Shown here piece after piece: positions 30,581 through 39,446 of a DNA stretch of 64,000 nucleotides (position 1 is its first letter; every line of letters starts with the position of its first letter). Below the pieces are notes generated by a model that did no database searches, was not told the DNA's origin, and saw nothing but the letters and a program-made list of their open reading frames with translations. Source of the DNA: Candidatus Dojkabacteria bacterium. Its GTDB lineage: Bacteria; Patescibacteriota; Dojkabacteria; JAFGLO01. The stretch covers positions 75,430 through 139,429 of the forward strand of contig JAFGLO010000015.1 in assembly GCA_016927995.1 (NCBI GenBank), given 5' to 3'. Both the position numbers and the translations under genes were made by a program.

Positions 30581-31123
30581 ATGTCAAGAATAGGTATAAA
30601 ACCGATTACAATACCGGAGGGCGTTAATGTGTCGGTGGACAATAATATACTTACGGTTAAAGGACCTAAAGGCGAACTTACTTTCCCTGTTCATGACATG
30701 ATAACGGTTTCTGTAAATGACAAAAGTATTGAGGTAGCCAGAAAAAATGATCAGGAATTAAGCAAAGCAATGCATGGCACAACCAGAAGCATAATTAAAA
30801 ACATGGTAGAAGGTGTTGTTAACGGTTACCAGAAAGTTCTTTTAATCCAGGGTATTGGGTATAGGGCAAGTTTAAACGGCAAAGATATATCGTTAAGTAT
30901 TGGATATACTCATCCAGTTGAAATAATCGCTCCGGAAGGCATTACCTTTTCTGTAGAAGACTCGGTAAAAATAACCATATCAGGAATAGATAAGCAACTT
31001 GTGGGTGAGACTGCAGCAAAAATAAGGGCAGTCAGGAAGCCTGAACCGTATAAAGGTAAGGGTATTAGGTATGAAAACGAGTACGTAAGGAGAAAGACTC
31101 CTCGAGTTATTTCTTCAGAATAA
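30581..31123 (+). CDS. rplF: 50S ribosomal protein L6
   Basis: MSRIG.KPI, KGPKGEL, PEPYKGKGIRY. Confidence 0.97.
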   Translation: MSRIGIKPITIPEGVNVSVDNNILTVKGPKGELTFPVHDMITVSVNDKSIEVARKNDQELSKAMHGTTRSIIKNMVEGVVNGYQKVLLIQGIGYRASLNGKDISLSIGYTHPVEIIAPEGITFSVEDSVKITISGIDKQLVGETAAKIRAVRKPEPYKGKGIRYENEYVRRKTPRVISSE

Positions 31124-31139
31124 TTATAAGCATAAAAAC

Positions 31140-31481
31140 ATGAGCAGTGTAGCGGAATCAAGACAAAGAAGAAAACTAAGGGTAAGGAAGAAAATTCATG
31201 GTACGTCTTTAAGACCCAGGATTTCCGTATTTAGGTCAGCAAAGCACTGTTATGTTCAGGCAATAGATGATGACAAAGGAAAAACTTTAGTTGGGGTTCG
31301 TGATACTGATCAAAAGGCTGATTCAAAAAACAGTAAGTGGTTTGCATTGGGAGCAGTAATGGGTGAAGCCTTAGTAAAAAAGAGGCTGAAATCAGCCATC
31401 TTCGACAGAGGGGCATACAAATACGGCGGTAGGTTAAAAGATATTGCTGACGGTATACGATCTAAAAAAATAAATTTTTAA
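31140..31481 (+). CDS. rplR: 50S ribosomal protein L18
   Basis: RPRISVFRS, FDRGAYKY.GR. Confidence 0.95.
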   Translation: MSSVAESRQRRKLRVRKKIHGTSLRPRISVFRSAKHCYVQAIDDDKGKTLVGVRDTDQKADSKNSKWFALGAVMGEALVKKRLKSAIFDRGAYKYGGRLKDIADGIRSKKINF

Positions 31482-31484
31482 TTC

Positions 31485-32150
31485 TTGCTTGTGAAAAGAA
31501 GGGAACAACGAAGAGAAAAGCCAAGGTTTGAGAGACATATTGTTGACACAAGGCGTGTCGCAAAGGTTCGTGCAGGTGATAAGCTATTAAGTTTTAGTGC
31601 TTTGGTTGTTGTCGGTGACAAGAAGAGTAAAGTTGGTGTTGGACTTGGTAAAGGTCGTGATACAAGGGCCGCAATAATGAAAGCAGTAAATAAAGGTGAA
31701 CGAAAAATGTTTGAAGTATGTAGGATCGGAACAACAATTCCGCACGAAGTCCTTCATAAGTTTGGGGCTGCAAAGATACTTCTAAAACCCGCTCCCCCCG
31801 GTACTGGTGTAATTGCAGGAAGTTCGATTAGACCTGTATTAGAACTTGCCGGAATTGCCGATATTGTCACAAAGCAGGTGGGTAGAGGAAACGCAATTAA
31901 TAATGTTTATTGCGTAGTTGAAGCATTAAAAAAACTAAAAAAAGAGAGAGTATTATCGAAGCGCTCCAAGGCACCTAAAGTTGAAGAAACAAGTGTTGAC
32001 ACAGTTGAGGAAAATAAAAAGATAGATTTACCCAAAAGCAAACAGGTCAAAACTAAGTCAGTAGAGAAGGTCGTGAGTCCCGTAAAAACAGACGTAAAAC
32101 CTTCTAGAACAGTAAAGTCAGAAAAAAATACTAAACTTAAAAAATCATAG
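31485..32150 (+). CDS. rpsE: 30S ribosomal protein S5 with Lys-rich C-terminal extension
   Basis: FSALVVVGD, KPAPPGTGVIAG; start codon uncertain (TTG/GTG). Confidence 0.95.
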   Translation: MLVKRREQRREKPRFERHIVDTRRVAKVRAGDKLLSFSALVVVGDKKSKVGVGLGKGRDTRAAIMKAVNKGERKMFEVCRIGTTIPHEVLHKFGAAKILLKPAPPGTGVIAGSSIRPVLELAGIADIVTKQVGRGNAINNVYCVVEALKKLKKERVLSKRSKAPKVEETSVDTVEENKKIDLPKSKQVKTKSVEKVVSPVKTDVKPSRTVKSEKNTKLKKS

Positions 32151-32612
32151 ATGAGTATACTTGCCGAAGTTTCATTTAAAGGAAATCCCCTTCAGAAAAA
32201 AAAGCGACTTGGTAGAGGTTATGGATCAGGAAAAGGTGGACATACGGTAGGACGTGGTCAAAAGGGACAAAAATCAAGAGGGAAGAGAAAAGTAAGACTT
32301 GGGTTTACCGGAGGACAGGTATCATTACATGAACGACTTCCTCATTACAGAGGAATTACCAGGAGAAATATCGGCGTAAGAAGATCCACAAAAACTGTTA
32401 ACGTATCACAGATTGAAACGCATTTTAAGACCGGTGACATTGTTAACAAGGCTGCGCTTATTAATAAGAGGCTTGTCAGGAAAACAGAGCTTGTAAAAAT
32501 TCTGGGAAACGGTGATCTTAAGAAAAAGGTAAAAGTTATTAATCTTAACGTCTCGCTTTCCGCAAAGGAGAAAATAGAAAAGGCGGGTGGAGAAGTTATC
32601 AATGAAGGCTAA
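32151..32612 (+). CDS. rplO: 50S ribosomal protein L15
   Basis: GRGYGSGKGGHT.GRGQKGQKSR, KILGNG, KIEKAGG. Confidence 0.96.
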   Translation: MSILAEVSFKGNPLQKKKRLGRGYGSGKGGHTVGRGQKGQKSRGKRKVRLGFTGGQVSLHERLPHYRGITRRNIGVRRSTKTVNVSQIETHFKTGDIVNKAALINKRLVRKTELVKILGNGDLKKKVKVINLNVSLSAKEKIEKAGGEVINEG

Positions 32613-33924
32613 GAGCAAAATACAAAAATGGATTCTTTCATTTAGAAGCGGTAATGGTCCAGACATTTTAAATAAGACTCTATTTATATTACTGGTCTCG
32701 GTACTCTTTAGAATTCTTTTTGCAATTCCTGTGCCCGGAGTGCCAATAAACTCACTTGGTGAGTTATTATCTCAATATTCACTTACCGAAGTTTTAAACA
32801 TAACGTCGTCCGGGGCATTAATGAATACAACCTTAATTGCTATTGGGTTGGGTCCATATATAAATGCCTCCGTAGTAATTCAGCTTTTAACAACTATATT
32901 TCCCAAGTTCCAGGAACTCCAAAAGGAAGGTGTTTCCGGCCGGATGAAGCTTAGTATGTATACAAGGCTTCTAACTCTTCCTTTGGCGGTTTTTCAATCT
33001 GTCGCGATTTATCTTGCATTAAAAGGTGACGGGATAATCATGCCGCTTTTTCCTCTGGAGCTAGCTTGTTTGATTGCTGCATTTACTGGCGGTTCTTTTC
33101 TTTTGATGTGGTTAAGTGAACTTGTAACTGAGGATGGATTTCTAAACGGCAGCTCATACCTAATTGCCGCAGGAATACTTTCAGATATACCGAGTAGGTT
33201 TATAAGTGCATCCGGTAGTGTTGGAACATTAGTACTTATATTAACAATAGTAGGAAGTTTGCTTTGGATTGGATTTGTAGTTTTTGTTACATCCGCAGAG
33301 CGTAGAGTTGTAATGAAACACGCTAAAATAATGACATTTAACAGTAAAAAGGTAAAAGATAATCATTTGCCACTAAAACTAAATCAAGCCGGAGTGATGC
33401 CTGTCATTTTTGCAACATCATTTGTTTCTATGCCACAACTCTTGGTAAAAGTCTTGTCAAATGTTTCATGGGTGCAAACTACAGCATGGTTATCAAATGC
33501 TGTTTCGAAAATTGAGTTGTTTTATACAGATGCTTCACTTGAATACTATAGACAGGGACTTATTGCGCTTTTAATAATTGTATTTTCATTGGTATATACT
33601 TTTGTGGTATTTAACCCACGAGAAGTTGCTGAAAATCTTCAAAAACAGGGAGCCTACATTCCGGGTGTACGACCCGGGAAAGATACAACAAATTATCTAA
33701 TTAAAGTAATGTTGCGACTTTCTGTTGTTGGTTCTATATTCCTGTCGCTTCTTGCGATGTTTCCGTTTATTGTCCAGGAGATTACCTCGCTGTTTAATGA
33801 GAATCTCATAATCCCAATGTTTTTCAGCGGAACAGGTATTTTAATTGTTATCGGTGTGGCGATTGATCTTTTTAACAAGATCAGATCAATGAAAACCGAA
33901 ACATACTCTATTACCGGTATTTAA
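32602..33924 (+). CDS. secY: Preprotein translocase subunit SecY
   Basis: G.GPYINAS, PLKLNQAGVMPVIFA, IPGVRPG. Confidence 0.96.
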   Translation: MKAKSKIQKWILSFRSGNGPDILNKTLFILLVSVLFRILFAIPVPGVPINSLGELLSQYSLTEVLNITSSGALMNTTLIAIGLGPYINASVVIQLLTTIFPKFQELQKEGVSGRMKLSMYTRLLTLPLAVFQSVAIYLALKGDGIIMPLFPLELACLIAAFTGGSFLLMWLSELVTEDGFLNGSSYLIAAGILSDIPSRFISASGSVGTLVLILTIVGSLLWIGFVVFVTSAERRVVMKHAKIMTFNSKKVKDNHLPLKLNQAGVMPVIFATSFVSMPQLLVKVLSNVSWVQTTAWLSNAVSKIELFYTDASLEYYRQGLIALLIIVFSLVYTFVVFNPREVAENLQKQGAYIPGVRPGKDTTNYLIKVMLRLSVVGSIFLSLLAMFPFIVQEITSLFNENLIIPMFFSGTGILIVIGVAIDLFNKIRSMKTETYSITGI

Positions 33925-33935
33925 AGTCTTTTGTA

Positions 33936-34595
33936 ATGATAATTATTATCCTTGGTCCAAGTGGTTCGGGGAAGGATACTCAGGCAGATCTTATCTCCAG
34001 GAAATATGGATTTAGCGTTTGCGGAACAGGAGATCTTTTTAGACATGAAATTGAAAAGGGTACAAAGTTAGGTAAAATCGCTGAAGGGTATATAAAAAAG
34101 GGAATCTGGGTCCCAATAAGATATTGGGAACAGGTTGTAAAGAATTGGATCTCCAGAACAGATCTTTCAAAAAATCACCTACTTGTAGGCTTCATAAGAA
34201 TAGACGGTCAACAGCAAATATTGGACAAGCTTTTGGCCAATGCAAAAAGCAGAGTGGACTTGGTAATTCACGTAACGTTATCTGATCAAGAAGCTATCAA
34301 AAGACTGAGTTGTAGATGGTTTTGTAAGACATGTGGCGAAACATATGACGATGTACATAAACCACCCAAGGTTAAAGGCATTTGTGATAAAGACGGAAGC
34401 AAACTAATAAAAAGAGAAGATGATAAACCCCAAAGTATAAGACATCGAATGAGTGATTATAATAAAAATATTCACCCAATAATAAGTTACTATCGTGAAC
34501 ATGGGGTTTTAGAGGAAGTGGATGGTGCACCGTCAATACCTAAGGTTTTTAAAGCTATCTCAAAAATTTTAACGAAAAACAATGAAAAAGCCTGA
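33936..34595 (+). CDS. adk: Adenylate kinase family protein (zinc lid)
   Basis: GPSGSGKDTQA, TGDLFR, CKTC...CDKD lid, REDD. Confidence 0.9.
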   Translation: MIIIILGPSGSGKDTQADLISRKYGFSVCGTGDLFRHEIEKGTKLGKIAEGYIKKGIWVPIRYWEQVVKNWISRTDLSKNHLLVGFIRIDGQQQILDKLLANAKSRVDLVIHVTLSDQEAIKRLSCRWFCKTCGETYDDVHKPPKVKGICDKDGSKLIKREDDKPQSIRHRMSDYNKNIHPIISYYREHGVLEEVDGAPSIPKVFKAISKILTKNNEKA

Positions 34596-35304
34596 AGCAA
34601 TGAGAAAAGGCGGCAAAATAATTGCCGAAATTCACGAAATTCTAATGGGGATGATATCTAAAGGAGTTAGTGAACTTGAAATAGAGAATAAAGCCAAGTC
34701 GTTATGTAAAAAATATAACGTTATTCCGGGATTTCTGGGTTATGAGGGATATCCTGCCGCTACTTGTATTTGCGTAAATGACGAGGTTGTACATGCAATT
34801 CCGTCAAATTACAGGTTTAAGACGGGTGATGTGGTAACTATTGATTTTGGAATTGTCTTTAATGGTTATAATCTTGACATGGCAAGAACCGTAGTTGTTG
34901 GTAAGACCCAAACCAATGATATAATCGAGGTTAGTAAGACAGCACTAAAACTTGCAACGGCGATATGTAAAAACGGTGTAAGGGTCGGAGATATTGGGGA
35001 AGTAATTCAGGACTATGTTGAATCTCATGGATATGCTATAATCCGGGAACTTGTTGGTCATTCAATAGGTAGGCATTTGCACGAAGCTCCGTACATTCCC
35101 AATTTTGGGAATAAAGGAACCGGTGCAGTATTAAAAAAGGGTGATACAATTGCAATAGAGGTTATAATTTCCGAAGGTTCAGGTGAAATTGTAATTGCAG
35201 AAGACGATTGGACAGTACTTACGGATGATGGCTCTATTGGTGTAGCCACCGAAAATACTATCATGGTCGGGTCAAGTGCCCCCGAAGTGTTGACTATTCG
35301 CTAG
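34582..35304 (+). CDS. map: Methionine aminopeptidase type I
   Basis: VNDEVVHAIP, IDFG, D.ART, GHSIG..LHE. Confidence 0.95.
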   Translation: MKKPEAMRKGGKIIAEIHEILMGMISKGVSELEIENKAKSLCKKYNVIPGFLGYEGYPAATCICVNDEVVHAIPSNYRFKTGDVVTIDFGIVFNGYNLDMARTVVVGKTQTNDIIEVSKTALKLATAICKNGVRVGDIGEVIQDYVESHGYAIIRELVGHSIGRHLHEAPYIPNFGNKGTGAVLKKGDTIAIEVIISEGSGEIVIAEDDWTVLTDDGSIGVATENTIMVGSSAPEVLTIR

Positions 35305-35376
35305 AAAGAGTATAAAATAGCCAGCATTGTCAATGGTATATCCGATATGATATGTTAAATTTAATCAGTGGCTTGT

Positions 35377-35601
35377 ATGGAACCAAAGGTCTTTGAAATA
35401 GACGGTGTGGTAACAGAAGCACTTCCACAGATTAAATTTATTGTTGAAATCGAGGTCAGTGGTAAAAAGCGTCAATTAGTTTGTCACCTGGCAGGAAGAA
35501 TGAAATTAAATTACATAAAAATCGTTGTGGGTGATAAGGTAAAACTCGAGATTAACTCATATGATCCCACAAAGGGAAGAATAATATATAGGCACCCTTA
35601 A
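35377..35601 (+). CDS. infA: Translation initiation factor IF-1
   Basis: GVVTEALP, GRMK.NYI.I..GDKV, YD.TKGRIIYR. Confidence 0.96.
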   Translation: MEPKVFEIDGVVTEALPQIKFIVEIEVSGKKRQLVCHLAGRMKLNYIKIVVGDKVKLEINSYDPTKGRIIYRHP

Positions 35602-35718
35602 ATGAAAGTAAAAACATCAGTAAAAAAAAGATGTATACATTGTTATGTGGTTAGAAGAAAAGGTAGAGTGTATGTGTATTGCAGAAAAAGTCCTAAACAT
35701 AAGCAGAGGCAAAGATAA
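35602..35718 (+). CDS. rpmJ: 50S ribosomal protein L36 (below the ORF-track cutoff)
   Basis: Hand translation [38 protein letters not shown]. Confidence 0.96.
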   Translation: MKVKTSVKKRCIHCYVVRRKGRVYVYCRKSPKHKQRQR

Positions 35719-35733
35719 ATTTAATCAAGTAAG

Positions 35734-36117
35734 ATGGCAAGACTTTTTGGTGTAGAACTAAATGACAACAAGAGAGTAGCATATGCATTGACCGGAATAG
35801 TCGGTGTCGGGTTAAATCAGGCAAGAAAGATTATTGTCGCTATAAATATTGACTCTAACCTTAAGCTTAAGGACCTTACAAACGACGAACTTGACAGAGT
35901 TCGAAGTTATATCGAAGAAAATCTAAAAGTCGAAGGTGAATTAAGACAAGAAGTTAATCAGAATATTAAAAAGTTAAAAGACGTTCGAGTTTATCGAGGA
36001 ATAAGGCACAAACTTGGACTTCCAGTGAGAGGTCAGCGAACCCGTAGAAATTGTCACACCCGTAAAGGACATTCAATGCCGGTTGGTGGACTTAAGCGTG
36101 TACTTACGAAGACTTAA
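35734..36117 (+). CDS. rpsM: 30S ribosomal protein S13
   Basis: YRGIRHKLGLPVRGQRTR.N..TRKG. Confidence 0.97.
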   Translation: MARLFGVELNDNKRVAYALTGIVGVGLNQARKIIVAINIDSNLKLKDLTNDELDRVRSYIEENLKVEGELRQEVNQNIKKLKDVRVYRGIRHKLGLPVRGQRTRRNCHTRKGHSMPVGGLKRVLTKT

Positions 36118-36132
36118 TTGTTTTAAATATTA

Positions 36133-36570
36133 ATGGCAGATAAAGCTGTAGACAAAAAGACCAAAGTTTCAAAGGTTGTTAAAAAGGATGTAAAACCCAA
36201 GAAAAACAAGGTTAAAAGAAAGGTTCTAAGGGGGCGTGCATATATAAAGGCCACTTTTAACAATACAATGATTACCATTACCGATGAAGAAGGTGCAACT
36301 TTGGCTTGGGGATCTCCGGCAATATTAGGGTACAGTGGAGCCAGAAAAGGTAGTTCTTTTGTTGCTACAAAAGCCGCAGAAGATGTTGCTACCCGTGTTC
36401 AACGATTTGGTCTTGTCGAAATAGATGTTTTTGTTTCGGGACCCGGTTCAGGAAGAAACGCGGCAATTAAAGGACTTGCTTCGGGTGGACTTAGGATAAA
36501 TACTTTACGTGACGTAACCCCGATAAGGCATGGTGGATGTAAACCAAGAAAACGACCAAGGGGTAGTTAG
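36133..36570 (+). CDS. rpsK: 30S ribosomal protein S11
   Basis: ATFNNT.ITITD, GPGSGR, DVTPI.HGGC. Confidence 0.96.
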   Translation: MADKAVDKKTKVSKVVKKDVKPKKNKVKRKVLRGRAYIKATFNNTMITITDEEGATLAWGSPAILGYSGARKGSSFVATKAAEDVATRVQRFGLVEIDVFVSGPGSGRNAAIKGLASGGLRINTLRDVTPIRHGGCKPRKRPRGS

Positions 36571-36596
36571 TTTTAATTTGTTAACTGGATTCTTAA

Positions 36597-37181
36597 ATGG
36601 GTAAATATACAGGGCCAAAATGTAGACTTTGCAGACGTGAAGGCGTTAAGCTTTTCTTAAGGGGCGAAAGATGTTTGTCTCCAAAGTGTGCATTTAACAG
36701 AAGACCAGTTGCTCCGGGAATGTATCCCAATACTACCGGTAAGATTTCAGACTATGGTGTACATCTTCGTGAAAAGCAAAAGGTAAAGCGGATGTATGGA
36801 ATGGGTGAGGCACAATTTAAAAGGTTTTTTGGTATGGTTTCAAAGGAATCGAATCGAGGATTTGCCTTTCTTCAGCTTTTGGAAAGAAGACTGGACAATA
36901 TTGTACTAAAATCAGGTTGGGCTGTTTCAATTTCGTCCGCCAGGCAGATTGTAAGTCACGGTAATATTTCCGTTAATGGTAAAAAGGTCGATATTCCATC
37001 ATATCTTGTTAAAGTCGGTGATAAAATAACAATAAAGAAACTTTTGTGGGAACCGTCCGGCAAGGCTCCAAAATGGCTTGAAGTTTCTGGAACCGAATGT
37101 ATTATTAAAGATTATCCGTCAAGAGAAATGATTGACTCCGGAATCAAAGAAAACCTTATTGTAGAGTTTTATTCTAGATAA
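36597..37181 (+). CDS. rpsD: 30S ribosomal protein S4
   Basis: GPKCRLCRREG, LREKQK, LERRLDN, IVEFYSR. Confidence 0.97.
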   Translation: MGKYTGPKCRLCRREGVKLFLRGERCLSPKCAFNRRPVAPGMYPNTTGKISDYGVHLREKQKVKRMYGMGEAQFKRFFGMVSKESNRGFAFLQLLERRLDNIVLKSGWAVSISSARQIVSHGNISVNGKKVDIPSYLVKVGDKITIKKLLWEPSGKAPKWLEVSGTECIIKDYPSREMIDSGIKENLIVEFYSR

Positions 37182-37197
37182 ATTTAACCTTTCATAG

Positions 37198-38115
37198 ATG
37201 AGTCTTTTTGATGACGTAAAAGTTACAACAAAACAGGAATCGGCAGTAAAAGCTAAAATTGAAGTTACAAATCTTCCGTCCGGATACGGATACACCTTGG
37301 GATCTGCAGTTAGGAGAATCCTTCTAAGCAGTATGGAAGGTGTTGCCGTTGTCGGAGTAAGGATTACAGGCGTAACTCACGAATTTTCAACAATAAAGGG
37401 TGTAAAAGAAGGTGTGTTCGAGATTCTTTTAAATTTAAAGCGGGTAAAATTTAAGATTGATGGTGCCGACGAGGCTACCGGTGTAATTAAATTTCCCAAG
37501 AGTGGCGTTGTAACAGCAAAGGATATAACCGTTCCTTCAAACGTTACAATTGCAAACCCTGATCAAAAGATTGCTGAGATTAGTAAGCTTTCGGGTAGTG
37601 TTAAATTTGACTTAGATATAAAACGTGGAATTGGTTACAATCATGTAGAACTTGTTGATCGAAACGAGATCGGATATATTCCACTTGATGCTGACTTTTC
37701 TCCAATTAGACGAGTCGATATGGATGTTGAAAAAGTAAGGTTTGGTGAAAGAACCGATCTTGACAAAGTTTCCTTAGTCGTTGTAACGGATAACTCCGTT
37801 GAACCACTTGAGGCTGTAAAGCGTTCAATTGGAATCCTAGTTGAAGCCTTAAGCACATTTGGCGAAATATTAAAAAATGAAAAGGAAGACGTTGCCGAAC
37901 CAACCGAAGTTCAGGAAGAATCAGGTTGGAATATTGAAAATATTGACATTCCGACAAAGGTTAGAAACGTATTGATTGCGGCAGGGGTTAAAACACTAGA
38001 CCAATTAACAAAGCTTACGGTTGCAGATGTGATGGAGATACAGGGATTGGGAGCAAAGGCTGTAAAGGAAATAGAGAAAGCACTTAAGAAAATAGGATTA
38101 ACATTAGCAAAATAA
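37198..38115 (+). CDS. rpoA: RNA polymerase subunit alpha
   Basis: GYGYTLG..VRRILLSS, HEFSTI.GVKE, DADFSPI. Confidence 0.96.
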   Translation: MSLFDDVKVTTKQESAVKAKIEVTNLPSGYGYTLGSAVRRILLSSMEGVAVVGVRITGVTHEFSTIKGVKEGVFEILLNLKRVKFKIDGADEATGVIKFPKSGVVTAKDITVPSNVTIANPDQKIAEISKLSGSVKFDLDIKRGIGYNHVELVDRNEIGYIPLDADFSPIRRVDMDVEKVRFGERTDLDKVSLVVVTDNSVEPLEAVKRSIGILVEALSTFGEILKNEKEDVAEPTEVQEESGWNIENIDIPTKVRNVLIAAGVKTLDQLTKLTVADVMEIQGLGAKAVKEIEKALKKIGLTLAK

Positions 38116-38118
38116 TAA

Positions 38119-38565
38119 ATGAAGGTTCTGGCAAAACAAAAAATAAACGCACGAGTAGGTGTTCGAGAAAGGCTTATAATCTCTCAGTTTGTATCTTTAG
38201 TAACTACAGGTAAAATTACAACTACCACTACTAAGGCTCGTGCATTAAAGTCATTTGCCGACAAAATAATCGGAATGATTGTATCTAAGAAGACGGCTCA
38301 CGATCAGAATATTGTTAGGGCCAGATTAAAGCACAACAAAAGACTTGCCGAAATGTTCGAGAAACTTTCTAAACTTCCCCCTAGAATGGGAAGTTATGTA
38401 AGTATGATCGGTGCAGGTAATAGAAAAGGTGATAATGCTGCTGTATCGGAAGTATCACTTATTGATTACGACAAACTTACAAAATCTACAAAAGAAAACA
38501 AAATAGAGGACAAAAGTTCCAAGAAGGAAGAAAAAAATACTTCCGGTCGTGCTAAGAAATCTTAA
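38119..38565 (+). CDS. rplQ: 50S ribosomal protein L17 (divergent N-terminus)
   Basis: ITTT.TKARAL, R.GD.A; follows rpoA. Confidence 0.88.
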   Translation: MKVLAKQKINARVGVRERLIISQFVSLVTTGKITTTTTKARALKSFADKIIGMIVSKKTAHDQNIVRARLKHNKRLAEMFEKLSKLPPRMGSYVSMIGAGNRKGDNAAVSEVSLIDYDKLTKSTKENKIEDKSSKKEEKNTSGRAKKS

Positions 38566-38580
38566 TTGGAGTTAGTTTAA

Positions 38581-39039
38581 ATGAGAAGAATCAGACAAGA
38601 CACAACCTGGGTAAAAGGAAAAGATACTCATAAGCGAAATTGGTATCTTGCCGATGCCAAAGGTCAAACCCTGGGTAGACTTGCCACTAAGATTGCAACT
38701 ATATTGACAGGAAAGCATAAGCCGGACATGGTTCCAAATCTTGATCAAGGTGATGGCGTTGTAGTTATAAATGCAAAGTATGTTAGACTTTCAAGTGAAG
38801 GAAAGCTCGAAAACAAAATCTATCGAAGTCATACCCGTTATCCGACCGGACTTAAAGAAATTAGTCTTGGGGCGATGCTACGAAAAAGTCCCGAAGAGGT
38901 AATAAAAAGAGCCGTAAAGGGTATGCTCCCGGTAAACAAGCTGAGAGACAGATATATGACTAGGCTTTCTATTTTTGCAGAGGCAGAGCATGACAAACAG
39001 GCTCAAAAACCTGAACCAATAGATAATTTGTTTAAGTAG
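38581..39039 (+). CDS. rplM: 50S ribosomal protein L13
   Basis: W...DA....LGRLA, GKHKP, AVKGMLP. Confidence 0.96.
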   Translation: MRRIRQDTTWVKGKDTHKRNWYLADAKGQTLGRLATKIATILTGKHKPDMVPNLDQGDGVVVINAKYVRLSSEGKLENKIYRSHTRYPTGLKEISLGAMLRKSPEEVIKRAVKGMLPVNKLRDRYMTRLSIFAEAEHDKQAQKPEPIDNLFK

Positions 39040-39044
39040 TTTAA

Positions 39045-39446
39045 GTGGTAGACAAAAAGTTAAAATACATCGAAGGTATAGGCAGGAGAAAAACATCAAC
39101 AGCCAGAGCTAGAATATATGATGGTGAAGATATTTCAATTGTTAATGGTAAGGATATCAAAGAATATTTTTTTAACCAGTCAGATCTTGAATCCGCAATT
39201 GAACCGCTTACCGTTACAAATACTCAAAAGAAGTTTGGCTATTCGATTTCGGTTAATGGTGGTGGAATTTCCGGTCAGTCCGGTGCAGCGAGCTTGGCAT
39301 TGGCAAGGGCCCTTGTCAAATTCGATGAAACGTTAAAGCCGGCACTCAAGGCTAAAGGTCTTATGACTCGAGATCCACGTATGGTTGAGCGTAAGAAATA
39401 CTTTCTTAAAAAGGCAAGAAAATCTCCGCAATATTCAAAGCGTTAA
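39045..39446 (+). CDS. rpsI: 30S ribosomal protein S9
   Basis: GRRKTS.AR, GGG.SGQ, TRDPRMVERKK, QYSKR. Confidence 0.97.
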   Translation: MVDKKLKYIEGIGRRKTSTARARIYDGEDISIVNGKDIKEYFFNQSDLESAIEPLTVTNTQKKFGYSISVNGGGISGQSGAASLALARALVKFDETLKPALKAKGLMTRDPRMVERKKYFLKKARKSPQYSKR

